In this document: one piece after another, positions 15,001 to 27,317 of the stretch
How positions within the stretch are numbered: the first letter of the stretch is position 1
How the letters are laid out: every line of letters begins with the position of its first letter
Source: Eledone cirrhosa
Taxonomy: Eukaryota
Assembly: GCA_964016885.1 (NCBI GenBank)
Contig: OZ024744.1
Location: 66,774,001 to 66,838,000, forward strand
Length of the DNA stretch: 64,000 nt
Direction of reading: 5' to 3'
Notes under the pieces: generated by a model
What the model was told of the DNA's origin: nothing
Database searches by the model: none
Seen by the model: only the letters and a program-made list of their open reading frames with translations
Position numbers and translations under genes: made by a program

Positions 15001-18000
15001 TGGTACCTACTTACAACTAGGTGGACTGTTGACAGTGGAGTGTCTTGGTTATAGAGACAGTACAGTGAACTATACCAGACTGTGGTACCTACTTAGAGCT
15101 AGGTGGACGGTTTACAGTTAAGTGTCTTGGTTATAGACACAGTACAGTGAACTATATCACACTGTGGTACCTACTTACAACTAGGTGGACTGTTGACAGT
15201 GGAGTGTCTTGCTTATAGACACAGTACAGTGAACTATATCACACTGTGGCACCTACTTACAGCTGAGTGGACTGGACTGTTGACAGTTAAGTATCTTTAT
15301 TATAGAAACAGTACAGTGAACTATACCACACTGTGGTACCTACTTACAGCTAGGTGGACTGTTGACAGTTAAGTGTCTTGGTTATAGACACAGTACAGTG
15401 AACTATAGCACACTGTGGTACCTACTTACAGCTAGGCGGACTGTTGACAGTTAAGCATCTTGGTTATAGACACAGTACAGTGAACTATACCAGACTGTGG
15501 TACCTACTTACAGCTAGGTGGACTGTTGACAGTGGAGTGTCTTGGTTATAGACACAGTACAGTGAACTATATCACACCGTGGTACCTACTTAAATCTAGG
15601 TGGACTGTTGACAGTGGAGTGTCTTGGTTATAGACACAGTACAGTGAACTATACCACACTGTGGTACCTACTTACAGCTAGGTGGACTGTTGACAGTTAA
15701 GTATCTTGGTTATAGACACAGTACAGTGAACTATACCACACTGTGGTACCTACTTACAGCTAGCTGGACTGTTGACAGTTAAGTGTCTTGTTTATAGACA
15801 CAGTACAGTGAACTATACCACAGTGTGGTACCTACTTATAGCTAGGTGGACTGTTGACAGTGGAGTATCTTGGTTATAGATACAGTACAGTGAACTATAG
15901 CACACTGTGGTATCTACTTACAACTAGGGGGTCCGTTGACAGTGGAGAGTCTTGGTTATAGACACAGTACAGTGAACTATACAACACTGTGGTACCTACT
16001 TATAGCTAGGTGGACTGTTGACAGTGGAGTATCTTGGTCATAGACACAGTACAGTGAACTATAGCACACTGTGGTACCTACTTACAGCTAGGTGGACTGT
16101 TGCAGTGGAGTGTCTTGGTTATAGACACAGTACAGTGAACTATACCACACTGTCATACCAACTTAAAGCTAGGTGGACTGTTAACAGTGGAGTATCTTAC
16201 TTACAGACACAGTACAGTGAACTATACACCACTGTGGTACCTACTTACAGCTAGGTGGACTGTTGACAGTTAAGTATCTTGGTTATAGACACAGTAGTGT
16301 GAACTATACCAGACTGTGGTACCTACTTATAGCTAGGTGGACTGTTGACAGTGGAGTGTCTTGGTTATAGACACAGTACAGTGAACTATACAACACTGCG
16401 GTACCTACTTATAGCTAGGTGGACTGTTGACAGTGGAGTATCTTGGTTATAGACACAGTACAGTGAACTATAGCACACTGTGGTACCTACTTACAGCTAG
16501 GTGGACTGTTGACAGTGGAGTGTCTTGGTTATAGACACAGTACAGTGAACTATACCAGACTGTGGTACCTACTTAGAGCTAGGTGGACGGTTTACAGTTA
16601 AGTGTCTTGGTTATAGACACAGTACAGTGAACTATATCACACTGTGGCACCTACTTACAGCTGAGTGGTCTGGACTGTTGACATTTAAGTATCTTAATTA
16701 TAGAAACAGTACAGTGAACTATACCACACTGTGGTACCTACTTACAGCTAGGTGGACTGTTGACTGTGGAGTATCTTAGTTATATACACAGTACAGTGAA
16801 CTATATCACACCGTGGTACCTCCTTACAGCTAGGTGGACTGTTGACAGTTAATTGTCTTGGTTATAGACACAGTACCATGAACTATACCACACTGTGGTA
16901 CCTACTTACAGCTAGTTGGACTGTTGACTGTGGAGTATCTTAGTTATATACACAGTACAGTGAACTATATCACACCGTGGTACCTCCTTACAGCTAGGTG
17001 GACTGTTGACAGTTAATTGTCTTGGTTATAGACACAGTACAATGAACTATAACACACTGTGGTACCTACTTACAGCTAGGTGGACTGTTGACAGTGGAGT
17101 GTCTTGGTTATAGACACAGTATAGTAAATTATACTACACTGTGGTACCTACTTACAGCTAGTTGGACTGTTGACAGTGGGGTGTCTTGGTTATAGACACA
17201 GTACAGTAAACTATACCACACTGTGGTACCTACTTACAGCTAGTTGGACTGTTGACTGTGGAGTATCTTAGTTATATACACAGTACAGTGAACTATATCA
17301 CACCGTGGTACCTCCTTACAGCTAGGTGGACTGTTGACAGTTAATTATCTTGGTTATAGACACAGTACCATGAACTATACCACACTGTGGTACCTACTTA
17401 CAGCTAGGTGGACTGTTGACAGTTAATTGTCTTGGTTATGGACACAGTACCGTGAACTATACCACACTGTGGTACCTACTTACAGCTAGGTGGACTTTTG
17501 ACAGTTAAGTGTCTTGGTTATAGACACAGTACAGTGAACTATACCAGACTGTGGTACCTACTTACAGCTAGGTGGACGGTTTACAGTTAAGTGTCTTGGT
17601 TATAGACACAGTACAGTGAACTATATCACACTGTGGCACCTACTTACAGCTGAGTAGTCTGGACTGTTGACATTTAAGTATCTTAATTATAGAAACAGTA
17701 CAGTGAACTATACCACACTGTGGTACCTACTTACAGCTAGGTGGACGGTTGACAGTGGAGTGTCTTGTTTATAGACACAGTACAGTGAACTATATTACAC
17801 CGTGGTACCTACTTAAATCTAGGTGGACTGTTGACAGTGGAGGATCTTAGTTATAGACACAGTACAGTGAACTATACCAGACTGTGGTACCTACTTACAG
17901 CTAGGTGGACTGTTGACAGTTAAGTGTCTTGGTTATAGACACAGTACAGTGAAATATATCACACTGTGGTACCTACTTACATCTAGTTGGACTGTTGACA

Positions 18001-21000
18001 GTGGAGTGTCTTGGTTATAGACACAGTACAGTGAACTATACTACACTGTGGTACCTACTTACAGCTAGGTGGACTGTTGACAGTGGAGTGTCTTGGTTAT
18101 AGACACAGTACAGTGAACTATAGCACACTGTGGTACCTACTTACAGCTAGGTGGACTGGACTGTTGACAGTTAAGTGTCTTGGTTATAGACACAGTACAG
18201 TGAACTATACCACACTGTGGTACCTACTTATAGCTAGGTGGACTTTTGACTGTTAAGTGTCTTGGTTATAGACACAGTACAGTGAACTATACCACACTGT
18301 GGTACCTACTTACAGCTAGGTGGACTGTTGACAGTGGAGTATCTTAGTTATAGACAGAGTACAGTGAACTATACCAGACTGTGGTACCTACTTACAGCTA
18401 GGTGGACTGTTGACAGTTAAGTGTCTTGGTTATAGACACAGTATAGTAAACTATACTACACTGTGGTACCTACTTACAGCTAGGTGGACTGTTGACAAGG
18501 GAGTGTCTTGGTCCTAGACACATTACAGTGAACTATACCACACTGTGGTACCTACTTAAAGCTAGGTGGATTGTTGACAGTTAAGTGTCTTGGTTATAGA
18601 CACAGTACAATGAACTATAACACACTGTGGTACCTACTTACAGCTAGGTGCACTGTTGACAGTTAAGTGTCTCGGTCATAGACACAGTATAGTAAATTAT
18701 ACTACACTGTGGTACCTACTTACTGCTAGTTGGACTGTTGACAGTGGGGTGTCTTAGTTATAGACACAGTACAGTGAACTATACCACACTGTGGTACCTA
18801 CTTACAGCTAGTTGGACTGTTGACAGTGGGGTGTCTTGGTTGTAGACACAGTACAGTAAACTATACCACACTGTGGTACCTACTTACAGCTAGTTGGACT
18901 GTTGACTGTGGAGTATCTTAGTTATATACACAGTACAGTGAACTATATCACACCGTGGTACCTCCTTACAGCTAGGTGGACTGTTGACAGTTAATTGTCT
19001 TGGTTATAGACACAGTACCATGAACTATACCACACTGTGGTACCTACTTACAGCTAGGTGGACTGTTGACAGTTAATTGTCTTGGTTATGGACACAGTAC
19101 CGTGAACTATACCACACTGTGGTACCTACTTACAGCTAGGTGGACTTTTGACAGTTAAGTGTCTTGGTTATAGACACAGTATAGTGAACTATACCACATT
19201 GTGGTACCTACTTACAACTAGTTGGACTTTTGACAGTTAAGTGTCTTGGTTATTGACACAGTACAGTGAACTATAGCACACTGTGGTACCTACTTACAGC
19301 TTGTTGGACTGTTGACAGTGGAGTGTCTTGGTTATAGACAGAGTACAGTGAACTATACCACACTGTGGTACCTGCTGGCAGCTAGGTGGTCTGTTGACAG
19401 TGGAGTATCTTACTCATAGACACAGTACAGTGAACTATATCACACTGTGGTACCTACTTGCAGCTAGGTCGACTGTTGACAGTGGAGTGTCTTGGTTATA
19501 GACACAGTGCAGTGAACTATATCACACTGTGGTACCTACTTACAGCTAGGTGGACTGTTGACAGTTAAGTGTCTTGGTTATAGACACAGTGCAGTGAACT
19601 ATATCACACTGTGGTACTTACTTACAGCTAGGTGGACTGTTGACAGTTAAGTGTCTTGGTTATAGACACAGTACAGTGAACTATACCACACTGTGGTACT
19701 TACTTACAGCTAGGTGGACTGTTGACAGTTAAGTGTCTTGGTTATAGACACAGTGCAGTGAACTATATCACACTGTGGTACTTACTTACAGCTAGGTGGA
19801 CTGTTGACAGTTAAGTGTCTTGGTTATAGACACAGTGCAGTGAACTATACCACACTGTGGTACTTACTTACAGCTAGGTGGACTGTTGACAGTTAAATGT
19901 CTTGGTTATAGACACAGTGCAGTGAACTATACCACACTGTAGTACCTACTTACAGCTAGGTGGAGTGGACTTTTGACAGTGGAGTATCTTAGTTATAGAC
20001 ACAGTACAGTGAACTATATCACACTGTGGCACCTACTTACAGCTGAGTGGTCTGGACTGTTGACATTTAAGTATCTTAATTATAGAAACAGTACAGTGAA
20101 CTATACCACACTGTGGTACCTACTTACAGCTAGGTGGACGGTTGACAGTGGAGTGTCTTGTTTATAGACACAGTACAGTTAACTATATCACACTGTGGTA
20201 CCTACTTACAGCTAGGTGGACTGTTGACAGTGGAGTATCTTAGTTATAGACACAGTACAGTGAACTATACCACACTGTGGTACCTATTTACAGCTAGGTG
20301 GACTGTTGACAGTGGAGTGTCTTGGTTATAGACACAGTACAGTTAACTATATCACACTGTGGTACCTACTTACAGCTAGGTGGACTGTTGACAGTGGAGT
20401 GTCTTGGTTATAGACACAGTACAGTGAACTATACCACACTGTGGTACCTACTTACAGCTAGGTGCACTGTTGACAGTTAAGTGTCTTGGTTATAGACACA
20501 GTACAGTGAACTATGCCACACTGTGGTACCTACTTACAGCTAGGTGGACTGTTGACAGTGGAGTGTCTTGGTTATAGACACAGTACAGTGAACTATACCA
20601 CACTGTGTTACCTACTTATAGCTAGGTGGACTGTTGACAGTGGAGTGTCTTGGTTATAGACACAGTACAGTGAACTATACCACACTGTGGTACCTACTTA
20701 CAGCTAGGTGGACTGTTGACAGTTAAGTGTCTTGGTTATAGACACAGTACAGTGAACTATACCACAGTGTTACCTACTTATAGCTAGGTGGACTGTTGAC
20801 AGTGGAGTGTCTTGGGCATAGACACAGTATAGTAAACTATACCACACTGTGGTACCTACTTACAGCTAGGTGCACTGTTGACAGTGGAGTGTCTTGGTTA
20901 TAGACACAGTACAGTGAACTATACCACACTGTGGTACCTACTTACAGCTAGGTGGACTGTTGACAGTTAAGTGTCTTGGTTATAGACACAGTACCGTGAA

Positions 21001-22030
21001 CTATACCACACTGTGGTACCTACTTACAACTAGGTGGACTGTTGACAGTTAATTGTCTTGGTTATAGACACAGTACCGTGAACTATACCACACTGTGGTA
21101 CCTACTTACAGCTAGGTGGACTTTTGACAGTTAAGTGTCTTGGTTATAGACACAGTACAGTGAACTATACCACATTGTGGTACCTACTTACAGCTAGTTG
21201 GACTTTTGACAGTTAAGTGTCTTGGTTATAGACACAGTACAGTGAACTATAGCACACTGTGGTACCTACTTACAGCTAGTTGGACTGTTGACAGTGGAGT
21301 GGCTTGGTTATAGACACAGTACAGTGAACTATACCACACTGTGGTACATACTTATACCTAGGTGGACTGTTGACAGTTAAGTGTCTTGGTTATAGACACA
21401 GTACAGTGAACTATACCACACTGTGGTACCTACTTACAGCTAGGTGCACTGTTGACAGTTAAGTGTCTTGTTTATAGACACAGTACAGTGAACTATATCA
21501 CACTGTGGTACCTACATACGGCTAGGTGGACTGTTGACAGTTAAGTGTCTTGATTATAGACACAGTACAGTGAACTATACAACACTGTGGTACATACTTA
21601 CAGCTAGGTGGACTGTTGACAGTGGATCATCTTAGTTATAGACACAGTACAGTGAACTATATCACACTGTGGTACCTACTCACAGCTAGGTGGACTGGAC
21701 TTTTGACAGTGGAGTATATTAGTTATAGAGACAGTACAGTGAACTATATCACACTGTGTTACCTACTTACAGCTAGGTGGTCTGTTGACAGTGGAGTATC
21801 TTAGTTATAGACACAGTACAGTGAACTATACCACACTGTGGTACCTACTTACAGCTAGGGGGACTGTTGACAGTTAAGTGTCTTAGTTATAGACACAGTA
21901 CAGTGAACTATATCACACTGTGGTACCTACTTACAGCTAGGTGGACTGTTGACAGTTAAACATATCCTTAGTCATGTATGCAACACAGTAAACTCTACCA
22001 CACAATTGTACCTACTTAGAAATAGGCAAG
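1..22030. repeat. Tandem satellite array, 82-bp monomer (~268 copies), runs off the left edge of the window
   Basis: Period read directly (TGTCTT/TATCTT at 1, 83, 165...). Consensus GTGTCTTGGTTATAGACACAGTACAGTGAACTATACCACACTGTGGTACCTACTTACAGCTAGGTGGACTGTTGACAGTGGA. 87-bp variants carry a TGGAC duplication. The last monomer (21961-22030) is heavily degenerate. Confidence 0.98.
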
Positions 22031-22260
22031 TTCAGCTATATAGAGTAAGTATTTTAAAAACAGACACACCATAGTACTGATGGAATAACTGATACAACTA
22101 CTAATATCTTTGCTAGCCGTCCGAAATCCTATTCACTTAGCTATTCATGTTCTTTAAAAGATTGCAATCTGAGCTAAATTACTTTCAACTAAACCCATAG
22201 GAACAACATCTCTACAAACGGTGATAAAATTGCAAATATGTACATTGAGAATTATTTTGA

Positions 22261-22264
<4 letters not shown>

Positions 22265-22301
<37 letters not shown>

Positions 22302-22497
22302 ATGTGTGTATAAATATATATTGATTTTATGTGTGTACATATAATGTTCCTGCAGCACATATAAAAATATTAGCTGGATGTGTATATAAATATAGATAGG
22401 AATTGATACACGAAAAGAAGAATGGATAAATATACTAAAGGATAGATAGGTAGATTGATAAATATTTAGATCATAGTATCTCTATATATATCTCTAT

Positions 22498-22561
<64 letters not shown>

Positions 22562-22596
22562 ATATATATGTGCGTGTGTATGTGTATGTGTATATA

Positions 22597-22676
<80 letters not shown>

Positions 22677-22864
22677 TATATATTTATAATATCTATCTAT
22701 CTAGCTATCGCTCTCTCTCTCTATATATATACTTATATATTTATTATATGGGGAGTGTCATGTTATAATATTGCCAGAAATATGTAATAAAACACATTCA
22801 CATTAAGAATCATGAAAAACAAATACAAAAGTGAAGCATATATATAGATATACATTGATATATG

Positions 22865-22907
<43 letters not shown>
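22265..22907. repeat. (TA)n/(TG)n/(TC)n microsatellite cluster
   Basis: Direct reading of dinucleotide runs. Confidence 0.95.
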
Positions 22908-22908
<1 letters not shown>

Positions 22909-23436
22909 TTAAGGTAAACATTGATGCAATTCAATTCAAGCACTCAACGTACTTTTTCCACATAGGAGTGACGGAGTACATTTAGAATAAGAAAAACTGA
23001 AGTAGTTTCAGATGTTAAAGTCCCTTAATGATAATGCTGTGATACATATTTCAATAACAACAGTGGTCACACAATTCTGTGTACCCAGTGTCGTGACATC
23101 ATCAGACAGCTTCTTACATAATAAGGTTACGTTCCCGAGGCAATCTAAATTGAATCAAGGAGGGAACAGACAAAGCGTGTGTTCTTGAATCCTTCGCCCG
23201 TTCCCTTGTGAGTCCCAATTCACCCCCACTGGCTTGCGTAGATGCAAGTCCAAAGGAAGTTGACCATCCACTACCCCAAAACTCTACGAAACTTGCCTAG
23301 GCAGGTCCCTTCACACCCGAACGAAACAATCAGCGCCATCCAGGTCTGTAATATGACACGGTTATAGTTTACTGCTAGAAACCCTGCCAGTGGCAGTTGA
23401 GTGCTTGAATTGAATTGCATCAATGTTTGCCGTAAG
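22908..23436 (-). mobile_element. Penelope-like terminal (pLTR) remnant bounded by 41-bp inverted repeats
   Basis: 22908-22948 is the reverse complement of 23396-23436 (2 mismatches); encloses an HHR motif on the minus strand. Confidence 0.55.
23036..23110 (-). ncRNA. Type I hammerhead ribozyme motif, long partly decayed stem II
   Basis: Minus strand: GCTGT-CTGATGA-[46-nt imperfect hairpin]-GAAA-TATGTA-TC-ACAGC; stem I GCTGT/ACAGC. Confidence 0.75.
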
Positions 23437-24064
23437 AATTTAGCTCCAAAATATTGAGCGCTTTATGGTGTAATCGATATAGTGAAGAAGTGGAGGAACC
23501 AGCCATCAGCTACACCTGGAAATTCCCTCTACTATGGGAACTGATTACACACACTGGATATCGCTACGACTGGACGGACATAAAATTATAAACTAACTTT
23601 CGACCAGGTAAATAAGCGGAACTAAAAGCAACGTAAAACCCCATATTTTCCTGCAGCAAATTGCATTTGCACAAGGGCCTTGAACAGAAGCCCCCCCCCC
23701 CCCCACCCCGCCCTTCACTTCATCTGATAACAAATTTTTTTATGCACTTTACATGGATAAAATTGACAAGCATTTTCACCACTTAAACCCTCACTTCCAA
23801 ACAGTTTATCTTCTCGTATATTTTTTTGTCATATATGTCTCCTCTCTCATTTTGCATCTATGTACTTTTTTGTTTTGATTCATATAATAGAAGAAGATAT
23901 TAAATAATTATTTGCCTAATTACTACAGTCCATACTGTAATTTACCCTCCATTCTACTATAAGGTACTATCGTTCAATATATGGAAATATATCTGTAATA
24001 TTGATCCCCTCTTCAAAATTTCTTACTATAATTTAAACATCTCCCTATTTATTATTTATTATAT

Positions 24065-24250
24065 GTGAATTGGCAGTATCGGTAGAGGGTCGGACGCCAT
24101 GCTTTGACGCATAGAGTTACGGCACTTGCCATTCTGAGTTCAAATCCTGCCGAGGTTAAGTTTGCCTTTCATCCTTACGGGGTCGATAAAATCAAGTACC
24201 AGTAATGTACTGGGTAATTGCTGACCTTGTGCCAATAGTAGAAACAATTA
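24065..24250 (+). mobile_element. Nin/Deu-domain SINE
   Basis: B-box-like GAGTTCAAATCC followed by GCCTTTCATCCTTACGGGGTCGATAAAATCAAGTACCAG; eight related copies in the window. Confidence 0.85.
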
Positions 24251-24264
24251 TATATATATATATT

Positions 24265-24606
24265 ATCATCATTTTATCATCATTTTTACGTCCGCTTTTC
24301 CCTGCTTGCAAGGGTGGGACAGGAACTGATTCTGGCTTGATTTCTACAGCTGAATGCCCTTCCTAACACCAACCTCATTTGCAGTGAGTGCTGGGTGCTT
24401 TTTTGCCGTGGCACCTCCACGACCACTTTGCAGTGCAATGATAGGGACCCCAGTCCTATCATCTTATTTCTAGAGCTGAGTAAACTAGAGCAATGTGAAA
24501 TAAAGTGTCTTGCTCAAGGAAACAACGCATCACCCAGTCTGAGAATTGAACTCACAACCTTTCGATTGCAAGGCCAATGCTCTAACCACTAAGCCATGTG
24601 CCTCCA
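24265..24606 (-). mobile_element. tRNA-derived SINE with CORE-like segment and (ATG)n tail
   Basis: Minus strand: A box TGGCTTAGTGG, B box GAGTTCAATTC, CCTTGAGCAAGACACTTTA segment, tail GGACGTAAAAATGATGAT. Confidence 0.85.
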
Positions 24607-25001
24607 TATATATATATATATATTTTTTATTTTTATTTTATTTACTTCAATCAAGATTTTAACTTGTATTTAAAAAATTTTTCATTTTCAATCATAATTT
24701 CCAGTGAAACCATATCAAGTTTCGTAGAGTTTTGGGGTAGTGGATGTTCAACTTCCTTTGGACTTGCACCTGCGCTAACCCATGCCACCATGGAAATATG
24801 GATTTTATACAATGATGATGAAGAAGATATTGTATATACACACATACACGTGTGTGTGTATATATAAATCTTATTTTATTTCAAATAGAAATGACTGCTG
24901 TTTCATGCATACAGAAACAGTACTAGTCTTGTAAAAGATATTTCTATTTGAAATAAATTCAAGGAGTCTTTCTAATTGATGTGTTGAGCTTATTATATAC
25001 T

Positions 25002-25032
<31 letters not shown>

Positions 25033-25037
25033 GCAGT

Positions 25038-25235
25038 AATAATTGTTTCTACTTTTTGGCACAAGGCCAGCAATTACTCAGTACATTACTGGTACTTTAT
25101 TTTATCGACCCCGTAAGGATGAAAGGCAAAGTTAACCTCGGCAGGATTTGAACTCAGATCATAAAGGGACGTGCGTAACTCTATGCTTCAAAGCATGGCG
25201 TCCGACCCTCTACCGATACTGCCAAACCACCGCCC
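25038..25235 (-). mobile_element. Nin/Deu-domain SINE
   Basis: Reverse complement of the 24065 family. Confidence 0.85.
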
Positions 25236-25532
25236 TTATATATATGTAGTAAAACATATATAAGTATAAATATTATTATTATTACTATATACGTAGTAAT
25301 AATAATAATATTTATACTTATATATGTTTAATATACAGTTATAAATATGGAGGGTAGTACTAAGTACCTCTTGCACTTTTCACCATTGCTCCTTGTAATT
25401 GTGTTCTCTCAAGCATAACATCTTTTTAACTCCTGATTCTATACATGATGTCTATGACACTAACAACACTTATGTAGTTGCCTAAATGTTCTGAACGACT
25501 AGGATTTTAATCACATGTTTCAACATTCCCTA

Positions 25533-25579
25533 TGCTCTGATGATTTCAGACTTCCCTCTGGAAGAAACAATTGTCAGCA
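25533..25579 (+). ncRNA. Type I hammerhead ribozyme motif, intact core (PLE-type minimal stem III)
   Basis: TGCT-CTGATGA-TTTCAGA/cttccc/TCTGGAA-GAAA-CAATTG-TC-AGCA; palindromic stem III; GUC cleavage triplet. Confidence 0.85.
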
Positions 25580-25687
25580 AATAAATGTATTAAACTAAGA
25601 TTTGATTGTTTTAACACTTTGTATATATATATATATATATACAATTGATATTAAATAAATGGAAACTATACTTATAAAACCATATTT

Positions 25688-25747
25688 ATTTTATTATATA
25701 TATTTCAAGGGTACCAACAATTTTGGTACGCTATCATCAGATAAAAT
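25688..25747 (-). ncRNA. Type I hammerhead ribozyme motif
   Basis: Minus strand: ATTTTAT-CTGATGA-TAGCGTACCAA..TTGGTACCCTT-GAAA-TATATA-TA-ATAAAAT; perfect 7-bp stem I. Confidence 0.8.
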
Positions 25748-25920
25748 GCAAAATGTTTTATAAATATTTGACATGACCAAGGATGATATACCTTAACAGT
25801 TTAAGTTATCCCTGGGAAGTCAATTGAATACTTAATCCAGAAATCTGTCGAGTGCTTTGAATCAGTTGTAAATATCTATATTTGTTGGATTTCCAACAAA
25901 TTAAATATCTCTTATACACG

Positions 25921-25988
25921 GAAGGGCATCCAGCTGCAGAAATCAAGCCAGAATCAGTTCCTGTCCTACCCTTGCAAATATCTCTCAT

Positions 25989-26062
<74 letters not shown>

Positions 26063-26214
26063 GAACTGATTCTGGCTTGATTTCTGCAGCTGGATGCCCT
26101 TCCTAACACCAACCTCATTTACAGTGAGTGGTGGGTGCTTTTTTTTGCCGTGGCACCTCCACGACCACTTTGCAGTGGAATCACAACCTTTCGATTGAAA
26201 GGCTAATGCTCTAA

Positions 26215-26216
<2 letters not shown>
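25921..26216. mobile_element. Internally deleted tRNA-SINE fragments in inverted orientation around a (CA)n(TA)n tract
   Basis: 25921-25964 and 26059-26102 are reverse complements; 26059-26216 matches the 24265 family with a large internal deletion. Confidence 0.75.
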
Positions 26217-26288
<72 letters not shown>

Positions 26289-26385
26289 GGAAAGTTATAT
26301 TTAAATTGTTGGGTTACAACTAGTAAATATTTATAACTGATATAAAAGCACTCGACAAGTATTTGGAGTATATTTACAATATTAA

Positions 26386-26587
26386 ATACAATATTAAATA
26401 AATGGAAACTATATTTATAAAACCATATTTATTTCATTATATATATTTCAGGGATATCATATTAACAATATGATATCTGAGGAAGGCATAGCATATCTTC
26501 CTCTGAGGAAGGCATAGCATATTGTTAATATGATATCCCTGAAATATATATAATGAAATAAATATAGTTTCCATTTATTTAATATTG

Positions 26588-26590
<3 letters not shown>
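26386..26590. mobile_element. Inverted pair of Penelope-like termini containing an HHR motif (+, ~26497-26559)
   Basis: Left arm is the reverse complement of the right arm. CTGAGGA-AGGCATAGCATATT/gtt/AATATGATATCCCT-GAAA-TATATA-TA-ATGAAA; same family as 25650-25747. Confidence 0.7.
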
Positions 26591-26639
<49 letters not shown>

Positions 26640-26665
26640 TGTTTACGGCCATATCACGCAATTAA

Positions 26666-26781
26666 ACGCTTACGGCACCTAGGGTTCCCAAGCGGTCACC
26701 TATCTAAGTACTAACTAGGCTCGACGTTGCTTAACTTCGGTGGACGCACGAGAACCGGTGTTTTCAGCGTGATATGGCCGT

Positions 26782-26785
<4 letters not shown>
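26666..26785 (-). rRNA. 5S rRNA copy (probable pseudogene)
   Basis: Full 120-nt 5S sequence GTTTACGGCCATATCACGCTGAAAACACCGGTTCTCGT...GGTGCCGTAAGC; the C-box region reads AGATAGG rather than the usual GGATGGG. Confidence 0.88.
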
Positions 26786-26855
<70 letters not shown>

Positions 26856-26975
26856 CTTTACGGCCATATCACGCTGAAAACACCGGTTCTCGTGCGTCCA
26901 CCGAAGTTAAGCAACGTCGAGCCTAGTTAGTACTTAGATAGGTGACCGCTTGGGAACCCTAGGTGCCGTAAGCGT
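26856..26975 (+). rRNA. 5S rRNA copy (probable pseudogene)
   Basis: Identical to the minus-strand copy except the first base; followed by TTTAATTTT. Confidence 0.88.
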
Positions 26976-26984
26976 TTAATTTTA

Positions 26985-27317
26985 TGGAGGTACATGGCTT
27001 AGTGATTAGAGCATTGGCCTTGCAATCGAAAAGTTGTGAGTTCAATTCTCAGACCGGGTGATGTGTTGTTTCCTTGAGCAAGACACTTTATTTCACATTG
27101 CTCCAGTTTACTCAGCTGTAGAAATGAGATGATAGAGACTGGGGTCCATATCATTCCACTGCAAAGTGGTCGTGGAGGTGTTACGGCAAAAAAGCACCCA
27201 GCACTCACTGTAAATGAGGTTGGTGTTAGGAAGGGCATCCAGCTGTAGAAATCAAGCCAGAATCAGTTCCCGTCCCACCCTTGCAAGCAGGGAAAAGCGG
27301 ACGTAAAATGATGATGA

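Noticed and set aside
2367-21804. Short ORFs inside the satellite (MTVE...)
   Set aside because: Start at TTG; the monomer length is not a multiple of 3; they are artefacts of indel variants.
1-21960. CRISPR-like array
   Set aside because: No unique spacers; the entire 82 bp repeats, there are no cas genes, and the context is eukaryotic.
1-21960. RAG recombination signal (CACAGTG heptamer on the minus strand of most monomers)
   Set aside because: No ACAAAAACC-like nonamer at 12 or 23 nt spacing.
1-21960. Functional tRNA gene array
   Set aside because: Cloverleaf-like fold, but no GTTCRA T-loop/B box and no D-loop GG.
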